Positions 25,213 to 36,957 of a DNA stretch of 64,000 nucleotides are shown in pieces. The position numbers and the translations under genes were made by a program. Under the pieces are notes generated by a model. That model was given only the letters and a program-made list of their open reading frames with translations, was not told the DNA's origin and did not search any database. The DNA comes from Lama guanicoe (Eukaryota). Position 1 is the first letter of the stretch. The number at the start of each line of letters is the position of its first letter. Location of the stretch: positions 2,967,817 through 3,031,816 of the forward strand of contig MU053933.1 of assembly GCA_013239625.1 (NCBI GenBank). The letters run 5' to 3'.

Positions 25213-28200
25213 ATGGCAATAAGTACCTACCTATCAATAATTACTTTAAATCTAAATGGACGAAATGCTCCAATCAAAAGACTTAGTGTGGCAGAATGGG
25301 TACAAAAGCAAGACCCATCTATATGCTGCAAACAGGAATTCATTTCAGACCAAAATACACCCACAGACTGAAAATGAGGGGATGGGAAAAGCTATTCTGT
25401 GGAAATGGAAATTAAAAGAAAGTCAGGGTAGCAATACTTACACCAGACAAAATAGACTTTAAAGCGAAGACTGTAAGAAGAGACAAAGAAGGACATTACA
25501 TAATGATCAAGGGATCAAACCAAGGAGAAAGTATAACAATTGTAAATATATATGCACCCAACATAGGAGTATTAAATACATAAAGCACATATTGACAGAC
25601 ATAAAGGGAGAAATTGACACTAACAGAATAATAGTAGGGAACTTTAACACCCTACTTATGTCAATGGACAGATCATCCAGATAGAATATCAATAAGGACA
25701 CACAGGCCTTAAATGACATTAGACCAAATGAAATTAATATATATATATATATGGAACATTCCATCCCAAAGTAGCCAAATACATAATCTTTTCAAGTGTG
25801 CATGGAACATTCTCCAGGATAGATCACATGCTGGGCCATAAAACAAGTCTTGGTAAGCTTAAGAAAATTGAAATTACATCAAGCATCTTTTCCCATCACA
25901 ATGCTATGAGAATAGAAATCAACTATAAGAAAAAAACTGCAAAAAACACAAACACACATGGAGGCTAAACAATATGGTAATTGAAAACCAATGGATTACT
26001 TAAGAAGTCAGAGAAGATGTCAGAAAATACCTGGAGACAAATGAAAATGAAAACACAATGATCCAAGAGCTATGGGACACAGCAAAAGCTGTTCTAAGAG
26101 GAAAGTATATAGTGGTACAAGCCTATATCAGGAAACAAGAAAACTCTCAAAGCAACAACCTAAAGGAACTAGAAAAAGAATGAACAAAATCCAGAGTTAT
26201 TAGAAGGAAAGAAATCATAAAGATCAGAGCAGAAATGTATGAGACAGAGACTAGCAAAACAATAGAAAAGATCAATGAAATAACTGGTAGTTGGAAAAGA
26301 TAAAGAAAATTGATAAACCTTTAGTCAGACTTATCAAGAAAAAAAGAGAGTCCAAATTGATAAAATCAGAAATGAAAAAGGAGAAGTTGCAACTGACACC
26401 ACAGAAATACAAAGGATCATAAGGGATTATTACAAACAACTATATGCCAATCAGTTGGACAATGCAGAAGAAATGGAAAAATCCCTCGAAATGTACAACC
26501 TCCCAAGATTGAACCAGGAAGAAATAGAAAATATAACAGATCTATTGCCAGTAATGAAATTGAATCAGTAATTAGGAAAACTTTCAACAAACGAAAGTCC
26601 AGGACCAGATGGCCTCACATGTGAATTCTACCAAATATCTAGTGAAGAGTTAGCACCTGTCATTCTAAAACTATTCCACAAAGTTGCAGAGGAAGGAGTA
26701 TTTCCAAACTCATTCAATGAAGTCAGCATCACCCTGATACCAAAATCAGACAAAGATATCACAAGAAAATTATAGTCCAATATCACTTATGAACATAGAT
26801 GCAAAAATACTTGTCATACAATATTAGCAAATCCACCAAAACATTAAAAGGATGATACACCATGATCAAGTAGGATTTATCCCATGGATGCAAGGATGGT
26901 TCAACATTTGCAAATCAGTCAGTGTGATATACCACATTAACAAATTGAAAATAAAAATTGTATGACCATCTCAATAAATGCAGAAAAAGCATTTTAATAA
27001 AATTCAACATCCATTTATGATAAAAGCTCTCTACAAAGTAGGGATAGTGGGTGGGAACGTACTTCAGCATAATAAAGATCATATATGGCAAGCCCACCGC
27101 TAACATAATACTCATCAGTGAAAAGCTGAAAGCATTTTCTCTAATATCAGGAACAAGACAAGGATGCCCACTCTTGCCAGTTTTATTCAACACAGTATTG
27201 GAAGTTACAGGCTCAACAATTAGATAAGAAAAAGAAATAAAAGGAATCTAAATTGGAAGGGAAGAAGCAAAACTGTCACTTTTGCAGATGACATAATAGT
27301 ATATGTAGGAAATCCTAAAGTTGTCACCAAAAAAGTGCTAGAGCTAATCACTACTAGAGCTGAATTTGATGAAGTTCCAGTATGTAAAATTAACACACAA
27401 AAATATGTTGCATTTCTGTACACTCACAATAAACTACCAGAAAGAAATTAAGGGAACAGTCCCATTTGCAATCTCATCAAAAATAATAAAACAACTAGGA
27501 ATAAATTTAACTATGGAGGTAAAAATCTGTACTCAGAAAACTATAAGACACCGATGAAAGACATTGAAGATGACAGAAACAGATAGGTATACCACGTTCA
27601 TGAGTTGGAAGAATTAATCTTGTTAAAATGCCCATACTACCTAACACAGTCTACAGATTCAGTGGAATCTGTATTAAAATACTCATGGCAGTGTTCACAG
27701 AGGTAGAACAAATAAATCTAAAATTTGTAAGGAAACAAGACAGACCCTAAATAGCCAAAACAATCTTGAGAAAGAACAGAGCTGAAAGTGTCATGCTCCC
27801 TGACTTCAGACTATACTACAAAGGTACGGTAATAAAAATAATATAGAACTGGCACAAAAACAGACACATGGATCAGTGTAAGAGGTTAGAAAGCCCAGAA
27901 ATAAATGCACACACTTTTAGTCAATTAATACATGACAATGGAGGCAAGAATATATAATGGAGAAAAGATACAGTCTCTTTAAAAAGTCATGTTGGGAAAA
28001 CTGGACAGCTACATATAGAAGAATGAAATTAGAACATTACCTCACATCATAAACAAAAATAAATTCAAAATGGGTTAAAGACCTAAAATAAAGACCCCAA
28101 ACTATAAAGCTCCTCAAAGAATACACAGGCAGAACATTCTTTGACATAAAATATTGCAAAATATATATATATATTTGAATCTGTCTCCTAAAGCAAAGGA

Positions 28201-28222
28201 AACAAAAGCAAAATAAATAAAA
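25213..28222 (+). pseudogene. L1 ORF2p remnant (endonuclease + reverse transcriptase), C-terminus deleted
   Basis: Starts MAISTYLSIITLNLNGRNAPIKR (ATG 25213). NIYAPN and IVGNFNT endonuclease motifs, KSPGPDG, QGCPL (~27159) and FADD (27281-27292). Many disablements. Confidence 0.9.
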
Positions 28223-28393
28223 GGGGATTAACAGGTACAAACTTCATATAAAATGAATAAGTAAGCTGCAAGGCTATATTGTATAACAATATTTTACAAT
28301 AACTAAGTGGAGTATTATGTATCTCTGTTTTGTATACCTAAAACTAACATAATATTTTAAATCAACTAAAATTAAAATAGAGGAAGATAGACT

Positions 28394-28652
28394 CCTATTC
28401 CCCTAAATTATAATGTTAGTAGTTGAGCCTTTGGGAGGTGCTTAGGTCATGGTGTCGGAACCTTCACAAAGGGATTCTCTGCCTTAGAGGTTCCAGAGAG
28501 GTCCCTGGGCTATTCCATCACGGAGCACACTGCAAGAAGGCACTGGCTGTGAATGTGGAAGGGCCCTCACCAGAAGGCAACCATGCTGGCACCTTGATCT
28601 TGGACTTTTCAGCCTCTGGAAATGTAAGCAATACATTTCTGTTGTTTCTAAC
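28394..28652 (+). mobile_element. Partial MLT1A-type LTR (lacking both termini) followed by A-rich tail
   Basis: 'gcctttgggaggtgcttaggtcatg...gggccctcaccaga...gctggcaccttgatcttggacttttcagcctctggaaatgtaagcAATACAtttctgttgttt', then 'aacaaataaaataaaaa'. Confidence 0.8.
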
Positions 28653-28677
28653 TAACAAATAAAATAAAAAATAATGT

Positions 28678-31545
28678 TTTGTGTTTTTTGAATGGATAGT
28701 TCTATAGATACATGTTAGGTGTAATGTTTCATAGTTGTTAAAATCTTCTATTTCCTTGCTGGTCTTGTCTTGTTTTTCATTTTGTATCGAAAATGGAATA
28801 TTGACGTCTCCAACTCTTATTGTTGAATTGTCTAATTGTCCATTCATTTCTCTTAATGTCGTTTTATGCATTCTGGGGCTCTGTTATTAGGTACATACAT
28901 GTATAATTGTTCTATCTTCTTGTTGATTTGACTCTTATCATTGTAAAGTGTTCTTTCTTTGTCTCTAGTAACAATTTTTGTCTCAGAGACCATTTGGTCT
29001 GATATTAGTATAGGCACTCCAGCTCTTGTTTAGTTACTGTTACAAGCTATATATTTAGTCATCCTTTCACTTTCATTCTGTTTGTCCCTTTGAATTTAAG
29101 AATGTCTCTTGTATACTGCATATATTTGGGTCACACTGAAAAAAAAATCCATTAACACAATTTCTGCCTTTAAATTGCAAAGTATAATGCATTTACATTT
29201 GGTGCAATTTTGATAAGGTGGGATTTATTCTTGTCATTTGCTATTTTTTTTTTACGTCATGTCTTTTTTGTTTTCTGTTCTCTGTTACTACTTTCTTTTG
29301 TGTTAAATAGATATTTTCTAGTGTTCTCTTTTCATTCCCTTGTCATTTCTTTTACCATTTTTTTGTTAGTCGTATTCTTAGGGGTTGCCTGGAGTTTCTC
29401 ACTATTAACAATTTATAACAATTTACTTTGGATTAATACCACTTTAATTTCAATAGTATGTAAAAACTTTGCTTCTGTACATCTCTATTCCCCCTCTCCC
29501 TGTACTGTTACTGCTCTACAAAGTACATCTTTATACATTCTGTGCATGTCAGCACAAATTTATTATTATTGCCTTTTGCAGGTATCTTTTATTTCATATA
29601 GGAGAAAAAAGTTGCAAACATTGCATTTATATTGTCTTTTATACTTACTTCTGTAGTTACCTTTACTGGTGTTTATTTTCACCAGATTTGAAGTACTATC
29701 TAGTGTCATTTTATTTTAGCCTGAAGAGCTCCTTTTAGTATTTTTTAGGGCAAGTTTTCTAGTGAAATATTCTGTCAATTTTGTTATCTGAGAATATCTT
29801 AATTTTTCTTTGCTGTTGAAGGATAATTTTGCTGAATATAGAATTCTTGTTTGACAGTTTTTTCTTTTATAACTTTGAATATGTCAGCCCACAACCTTCT
29901 AGCCTGTATGGGTTCTGATGAGAAATAGGCTGTTGCTTTAATTGAGGATCCCTTTTGCATGGTGAGTTGCTTTTCTTGCTGCTTTGAAGGTTCTCTTTGT
30001 CTTTGTCTTCTGATAGTTTGGGTGTGATGTGTATATGTGTAGATATCTTGGAGTTATCCTTAGAGTTTATTGATCTTCTTGGATTTGTAGTTTCTTTTTA
30101 AATCAAATAGCTATTATCTCTTCAGATACTCACTTTACCCCTTTCTGTCTCTTCTCTCCTTCTGAGAAGTTTTTTATGCATATGTTGGCATGATTGATGG
30201 TGTCCCTGATGCTCTGTTCTTTTTAAATTTTTTTGTGAGGAAGACATTGTTCAAGGGGATTACTACAATGGGGTTTTGTATTAGGGGAGAGGGATTGGGC
30301 ACAACTCCTCTGTTCATTTTTATTCTTATATTTTGCTTTCTGTTCATTAGATTGGAAAATTTCAGTTGACCTAGCTTCAAGTTTGCCAGTTCTTTTCTTG
30401 CTGCTCAAATATGCTGTTGAATCCCTCTAATAAATATGTCATTTCAGTTGTTGTACTTTTCAGCTCCAGAATTTTTATTTGGTTCCTTTTTAAAAAAAAG
30501 TTTCTGTCTCTTTGGTAATAGTCTCTATTTGGTCAGACATCATTGTCACCTTTAATCCTTTTGACCTGGTTTTCTTTAGTTCTTTAACATATTTAAAATA
30601 GGTTATATGTGTAGTCTTTGGCTCGTAAGTCCAACATTAGGGCTTCCTCAGGGGTAATTTCTGTTGATTGCTTTTTTTCCCTGTATATTGACCATAATAT
30701 TCTCTTAGAGGGTTTTTTTTTTGGTATTGTTTATAATGATTTGTTGAAAACCAACATTTAAATAATATATATGTCAACTCTGAAAATCTGTAAGTCTGGA
30801 GTATTTGTTGCTGCTGCTTGTTGTAGTAGTTTTCATTTGTTCGTTCAGTGACTTCCTGCACGAACTCTGTAAAATCTGTGTTCTTTGTCATGTATTTCCA
30901 CTGATGTCTTGGTTTGGTTAGTTTACTGGTCAGCCAATAATTGGACAGAGACTTCCTTAAACACTAGGAGTTAATAAGTCTCCTAATCTTTCTCGAGGGG
31001 CTCTGTGTGTGTACTGGGGGCATGCTTCAACATTTAATCAGGCAGTTTACATCTCTGTCTCAGTCTTCACATCCTGCTTGTTCAGAGCCTCAAAGTCAGC
31101 CTAGTGTGAGCACTTACAGCTATCTCAGTCTTTCCTGGGCAATCACACAATCATGGGTATGTGCACAGCTCTCTGTATGGGATGTGGCTTTCTAGATTTC
31201 TAGGAATATATTGGAGCTTTTCAAATCACCTATAGGCGGCTCATTCTCCAGCTTTTCCTTTTAAGTTTTTGGGTTAATGTATTTGCCCCAATGGTTATAC
31301 ACTGTCTCAGGTAGTTACAAAATTAAACAATTGCCTCTAATTGTTTTGATGTATACCTCTAAGGAAAATGCTTTTCTCATTGGGCAAGCTCTGACTCAGG
31401 TCAAAGACAGCCTTGCCAGTGGAGCCCATTAACTGTGTCAAATAATGATGGTTCTCTGGGAATAGGACTTTGAAGGAGTTCCAGCTCTGTTCTGTCCACT
31501 TCTGTGGCTGCCAGGTTGCTGGTTTTCACTATGATTTCACTATCT
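28678..31545 (-). mobile_element. Continuation of the L1MB-type element (ORF2 endonuclease, ORF1, 5' end)
   Basis: Resumes in register after the TSD. Minus ORF 28518-28871 (LREMNGQLDNSTIRVGDVNIPFS, endonuclease) and ORF1-like 30223-30408 (KLEARSTEIFQSNEQK). Confidence 0.8.
30220..30307 (-). mobile_element. Short A-tailed retro-insertion (LTR R-region-like)
   Basis: T-rich tail at the left end, flanked by the direct repeat CTCTGTTC (30212-30219 and 30308-30315), interrupting the host L1. Confidence 0.6.
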
Positions 31546-31550
31546 TTATT

Positions 31551-32014
31551 GTTTTTTTTTTGAAATATGTTTGATTTACAATGTTTCAGGTGTACAGCAA
31601 AGTGACTTGGTGATATATGTATACACATATGTACACATATTTATATATTCTATTTCAGATTCTTTTTCATTATAAGTTATTACAAGACATTGAATATAGT
31701 TCCCTGTGCTATATAGTAAGGCCTTGTTGTTTATGTATTTTATATATAGTAGTGTGTGTCTGTAAATCCCAAATTGCTAATTTGTTCCTTCTTCTCTTTC
31801 CACTTTGGTACCCATATGTTTGTTTTCTATGTCTATGAGTCTACTTTTGTTTGTAAATAAGTTCATTTGTATCATTTTTTTAGATTCCACATATAAGTGA
31901 TATATGATTTTTATCTTTGTCTGACTTCACTTGTATGATAAACTCTAGGTCCATCCATGTTGTTGCAAATGGCATTATTTCATTCTTTTTTATGGCCGAG
32001 TAATATTCCACTGT
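31551..32014 (-). mobile_element. 5'-truncated cetartiodactyl L1 3' end
   Basis: PolyT, then 'tttcaggtgtacagcaaagtga...ttattacaagacattgaatatagttccctgtgctata...ccatccatgttgttgcaaatggcattatt'. Confidence 0.85.
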
Positions 32015-32634
32015 ATATCACCTTTATTCTTAAAAGAATTTTTTTCCTGTATGTTGAATTTTATGTTGACATTACTTTCTTTCAGCACACTAAAGATATC
32101 CTTCCACTGTATCTGGCTTTTTTTTCCTGTTCAGGAGTCAGTAGTCAACATAATTGCTATTTCTCTGGAGGTGATCTCCTATTGCTTTTAAAGGGTTTTC
32201 TCATTGACCTTAGGTTTGTATAGTTTGACTAATTCCATGCATCTGCACACAAGTATGTTGACTTCTTGTATCTATGGCATGATGTCTTTCACAAGTCTCA
32301 AAAATTCACTCCCTTTATCTTCCGGTTTTGCTTTTGCCTCATTTTCTGTCTTCTGTCCTTCTAGGACTCTAATGAGATGTGTGTTTCTTACCATGTGTCC
32401 TTGTGCCCTGTCTTTTGTATTTCCCAGGTGTGGGTCTCTCCCTGCTTTAGTTGGAACATTTTCTTCTGACCCAGTTTTCAGTTGCCAGTTGTCTCTTCAG
32501 TAGTACCTAACCTGCTTTAAAACTGATTCATGATTTTTAAAATTTTCAGTTTTAAATTAAAAAAAATTTTAAATTAAGTTACTTTTCATAGCTCCTAATC
32601 TCTCATTTGTGTTTTTGACCATAGCAAGTGTAGT

Positions 32635-34144
32635 GGTTTTTGTTTTTTCTAGTTTTTTTTTATTGTAGTGAAATATACATAACATACAATTTAACACCTT
32701 AACCATTTAAAATGTACCATTTAGTGATAATAAATTCATAACATTGTGGACAAATCACCACCATCCATCTGCATAGCTCTTTTCATCTCATGAAATGGAA
32801 AGTCTGTGCCTAATTAACAATAATTCCTCACTTCTACTTTTCTCGGTCCCTACAGCCACCTTTGATTGATTCTACATTCTCTCTGTGATTTCTGAGATAC
32901 TCTGTGTACCTCATTTAAGTGGAATCATATAGTATTTATCTTTCTGTGACTGGCTTGTTTCATTTACTTAGCATAATGTCCTCAAGGTTCATCCACGTAG
33001 CACGTTAGAAATTCCTTCCTCTTTTTAAGCTGAATACTATTCCATTGTATGTATATACCACAATTTGCTTATCCATTTAGTTTGTCAGTCGACACTGGGA
33101 TTGCTTCCACATTTTAGCCATTGTGAAAAATACGGCTATGAATATGGGTGTACAAATATCTCTTTGAGATCCTATTTTCAGCTCTTTTGGGTATATTTCT
33201 AAAAGTGGAATTGCTGGATCATATGGCACTTTTAGATTTAATTTTTTGAGAAACTGAGACACTCCTTCCCACAGAATATAGTGTTTTTTTCTTACAGTAA
33301 AACATATATAATATAAGATTTACCATTTTAAGTATACAGTTCTGAGGTATTAAGTATATTCACATTGTTGTGCAACCATCACCACCATTCAACTCCGGAA
33401 CTTTTTTCATCTTGCAAAATTAAAACTCCATCCCTATTACACAATAATCCCATCTCCCAGTCCCAGTCCCCAGTAGAACTACCCTTCTACTTTCTGTCTC
33501 TATGAATTTGACTTCTCTGTGTTCCTCACAGAAGTGGAATCATACAGTTTTGTCCTTTTGTGACTGGCTTCTTTCACTTAGCATAGCATCTTCAAGGTTC
33601 ATACTTGTAGCATGTATCAGGATTTCCTTCCTTTTTAAGCTTGAATAATATCCACTCGTGGAAAACCCAGTTTATTTATCCATTCATCTGTCAGTGGACG
33701 CTTCTGTTGCTTCTGTCTTTTGGTTATAATGGGTATGCTGTTAAACATAGTTGTAAGATATCTGTTTGAGTCCCTGCTTTCAATTCTTTGGGGCATATTT
33801 TCAGAAATGGAGTTGCTGGATCATATGATAATTAAATGTTTAACTTTTTAAGAACCACCATACTGTTTTCCACCACAGCTGCACCATTTTACATTCTCAC
33901 CAGCGATGTATGGGATTCCAGTTTCTTCACATCCTCACCAACACTTGTTATTTTCTGCCTCTTTGCTGTGTCCTAGTAGTATGAAATGATACTTCACTGT
34001 GGCTTTGATTAGCATCTCCCTTATGGTGAGTAACGCTGCACATTATTTTATGTACTTATTGGTCATTGGTGTATCTTCTTTAGAGACATGTCTATTCAAG
34101 TCTTTTGCCTATTTTTTTAGCGTGGTTGTTTGTTTCTGTGTATT
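32635..34144 (-). mobile_element. Two tandem 5'-truncated L1MB-type 3' ends (~32635-33272 and ~33283-34144)
   Basis: Each begins with a T-tract and an L1MB 3'UTR. The block is bounded by GCAAGTGTAGT at 32624-32634 and 34145-34155. Confidence 0.8.
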
Positions 34145-35254
34145 GCAAGTGTAGTTTTTGATAGTCCATGTTGGATATTTCTGACTTCTCATTCATGTCT
34201 TTGTGGCTCTGTTCTTGTTTTCTGTGACTTCTGCTGTTTCTTGCTGACGGCGTCTGATTTCTTTGTGCGCTAGACGTTGTATTTGCAGAGTTATTCTGAG
34301 GACTCATCCGAGACCTAGGAGGATTTGTCTCTCTTTTGGACAGGCTTTAATTTGTCATCTCTAGGGTTCTTTATTCGTAAAGAAGCCACCTTAACCCCAG
34401 TGGAGGCCTGAGCCCAGGCAGGTGAGCAAAACAAGCTGCAAGGTGTGGTTGGGCTGGCTTGCTTGGCTGGACTTCTCCACTTTCAGGGTTTATCTCTTTG
34501 TGCTTTCAACACAAGTTGGAGGCTGGTTTCTCAGAGTCTGATTCACTGTTTTCCTTTGTGCCTCTAGCCCCCAGTTTCTGGATTATTTTGGGTAACCTCA
34601 GCATCTGTAAAAACGCCCAGCTGTCAGGACCTTACACAGGAGATTTCCTTCTCCTTCACACAGCGGGACAAGGAGGAGCCCCCCAGGGTCAGGCCGAGGA
34701 GGCCGAGGATGCTCAGTGAGCAACTTTCCTCTGCCTGTGATTTGGGCCTAGCTCTTGGCCGCTCTGGTCCTGCCATCTGCTAGGGTGGTAAACTTGTCTA
34801 GGGCCTGAACTGCCTTTTTGTCCAGCTGGCAGGTGGGGAGTACAGTGTGGAGGAGGCACACACGCTTCTCACTCATGTTGGCCCGGACATGACATGTACA
34901 ACTGTGTACGTTCCGCTGGGAGATGTGGTCACATGGCCCTGCCTAGTTCAAGTGCAAGATGGGCAAAGTATAGTACGTAGCTGGCAGCTGCCAGTCTGTT
35001 TGGTGGACGGGCACCTCTCCCTCAGTCCTTCCTCTTGACCCTGAAATACCTGTGCACATTCTTCTTGCACAGCTATCTTACACTCGTCCTCCCTAGGGAG
35101 ACAATCACATCTAGATATGACTTTTGAGGTTTGGTGACTGAACTAACACACAAGTTATCTGCTGCTGCTCACACTGTACGATAGTGGAGCCCCGCCATTG
35201 ACAGTTGCAATGAAAAAAACCCTTCCATTTGAAAGAGGAGGGGTGGAAGATGAA

Positions 35255-35310
35255 CATCAGCCTTGTGCTTGCTAAGCATTCGCTCTACCGCCTGAGCTAT
35301 ATCCTCTTCC
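35255..35310 (-). mobile_element. SINE head fragment (Vic-1-like)
   Basis: 'tgcttgctaagcattcgctctaccgcctgagctatatcctc' matches the head of the other SINE copies in the window. Confidence 0.65.
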
Positions 35311-35351
35311 ATGAATGAGCAAATTAACAAAGCTTATCTATAGGCGGTGGC

Positions 35352-35419
35352 GGGGGCGGGGGGTCTGGGGCGAGGCCAGTGCAGAGGGGGCGGGGGGTGT
35401 GGGGCGAGGCCAGTGCAGG
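35352..35419. repeat. 2 x 34-bp GC-rich tandem duplication
   Basis: gggggcggggggtctggggcgaggccagtgcaga / gggggcggggggtgtggggcgaggccagtgcagg. Confidence 0.9.
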
Positions 35420-36682
35420 GACTAGTAAGGAAGCAGCCCTCACTCGTGTTAGCCCGAGACAGCCATGGCTGGTGTTCTGTGGCTTAGTCGAGGTTATATT
35501 CTGTTTGTGCTCTGATGATGATGATGACGTGGTCTTGCTCGCTCCATCCTGGCTCTACTGTGGCCCAGTCTGATTCTCTCACCTCTGCCCAGGGAAGAAC
35601 TCCTGGCTCTTGTCTCCCAGACTCCTCGCCCCGACCCTGGGCGCCTTCTCCTTGTGCTTTGTCCTCCGTGCACGCTGCTGCCTGGGACCGTGGGGAGAGC
35701 ATCTTCCTTGAAGTGTGGGGCCTGCACAGATCCCATAACTTGCTTCCAGCTTGTGGAATTTGGAGGCCTGGCAGTGTTGACAGTCACTGACTTATTTTAG
35801 GCTCAGGTTTCTTTGGCAGTAGAATTCTCCCCAAATTCTAGTAGCTTCTGATCTGTTTGCTTTCAGTGTTTCATGTGCCAATTGTTACACCCCAAGTTCT
35901 TTCCTGAGCATGAACCTCTGGCCTGCTTCAGTGTGTTTGCTTTTTTGTGACTGCCTCTCTCTTTGTACTGAGGGTATCTTGAAGGCATGGCTCTGGGTGG
36001 GAGAGAAAGCCTGTAAACTAGTCTGTGTGCACAGCTGAACCCTCTAATCAAGGAGTCTTCTCAGGCCTTTGCTTCTCAGAACAGTTTCAGCCTTCCATCT
36101 TACTCTCGGGGTGCAGAAGAGGAAGGCTAGGTGAGCCCCGTGTTTCTGGCCTGTCTCTTGATGCTTTCCTGCCTCTCAAGGTGGCCTGTTTTTACCTAAG
36201 CCCTTCTCTTGCTGTGATGGCTGTTTAGGCAAAGTGAGTACCAGTCACCCGGGCTGCTGGCACGTCTTGTCCTCCTCTCCCCGAGCTGGGGGCTGGGCCT
36301 GAGTGTGGGGTGCCTTCAGATGATCCCTGGACTGCTTCCCGACCGCTTCGCCACGCGGACGGTAGGGCTTCCTCATTACCAGCTGCCTGACAACAGTTTT
36401 TATTATGTCATCACCCCTCTTCAAAGAGTCCATTTGTGTCTTAATTCATCACTGTTGAAATATGCATTTAATGATAGAGAATTTAGAAGAGGAAAATTTC
36501 TGACCTAAACTCTTTCTTTGGGGACTATTTGAAGCATTTTCTATTTCTCTGTTTCTCCACCGCTTGGATGTGAAGCCCTACGTCGGTGGCCACTTTTCTA
36601 GGCAGACGTTACAAGGGTGTGGTGTTGCTGGGCCCTCATTCTTGTTGGCGGCTCTGCTCACGCTGGAAACATCAAGCTACTC

Positions 36683-36822
36683 CCTTCCTTCCTTCCTTCC
36701 TCCCGCCCTTTCTCTCTCTCTTCCTTTCTTTCTTTTCTTTCTCCCTTTCTCTCTCTATTCCTTCTTTCCTTCTTTCCTTCTTTCCTTCTTTCCTTCTTTC
36801 CTTCTTTCCTTCTGTCTTTCTC
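36683..36822. repeat. (CCTT/CTTT)n polypyrimidine microsatellite
   Basis: About 140 nt of nearly pure C/T adjoining a SINE tail. Confidence 0.9.
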
Positions 36823-36957
36823 CTGTTTATTTTTGGGGGGAGGAAATTAGGTATGTATGTTTGTTTGTTTGTTTGTTTACTGGAGGTACTGGGGATTGAA
36901 CCCAGGACCTTGTGCCTGCTCAGCACATGCTCTACCACTGAGCTATCCCCTCCCCCA
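36823..36957 (-). mobile_element. tRNA-derived SINE (camelid Vic-1-like)
   Basis: The reverse complement has an A-box (tagctcagtggtagag) and B-box (gggttcaatccc), then agtacctcca, (aaac)n and 'cctaatttcctcccccc'. Confidence 0.85.

Larger units (their letters stand above)
22939..28378 (+). mobile_element. 5'-complete cetartiodactyl-type L1, degenerate, with internal 3' deletion
   Basis: 5'UTR start 'aagatggtggagtaggaagaccctgagct' (decayed YY1 motif), then ORF1, a long inter-ORF spacer, ORF2, 3'UTR and an A-rich end. Inserted at TTTT/AAAA (22920-22927). Direct repeat AAAATAATGT at 22924-22933 and 28668-28677. Confidence 0.9.
34790..36680 (-). mobile_element. Old MaLR (MLT1J/K-like LTR plus internal sequence)
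   Basis: LTR-like 'gtggtcacatggccctgcctag...gggcaaagtatagt', followed by MLT-int-like 'caagttatctgctg...acccttccatttgaaagagg'. Highly diverged. Confidence 0.45.

Noticed and set aside
23879..28222. Active L1 / intact reverse transcriptase
   Set aside because: ORF1 and ORF2 are broken by many stops and frameshifts, and the ORF2 C-terminus is deleted.
29210..29738. Hydrophobic 'membrane protein' ORFs in AT-rich regions (also 20060, 36564, 47025, 53035)
   Set aside because: Antisense L1, L2 or polypyrimidine translations enriched in Phe/Leu/Ile.
36880..36957. tRNA-like A/B boxes (also at ~43630, ~62600, ~39670)
   Set aside because: These are SINE heads with simple-repeat tails (two copies with clear TSDs), not tRNA genes.
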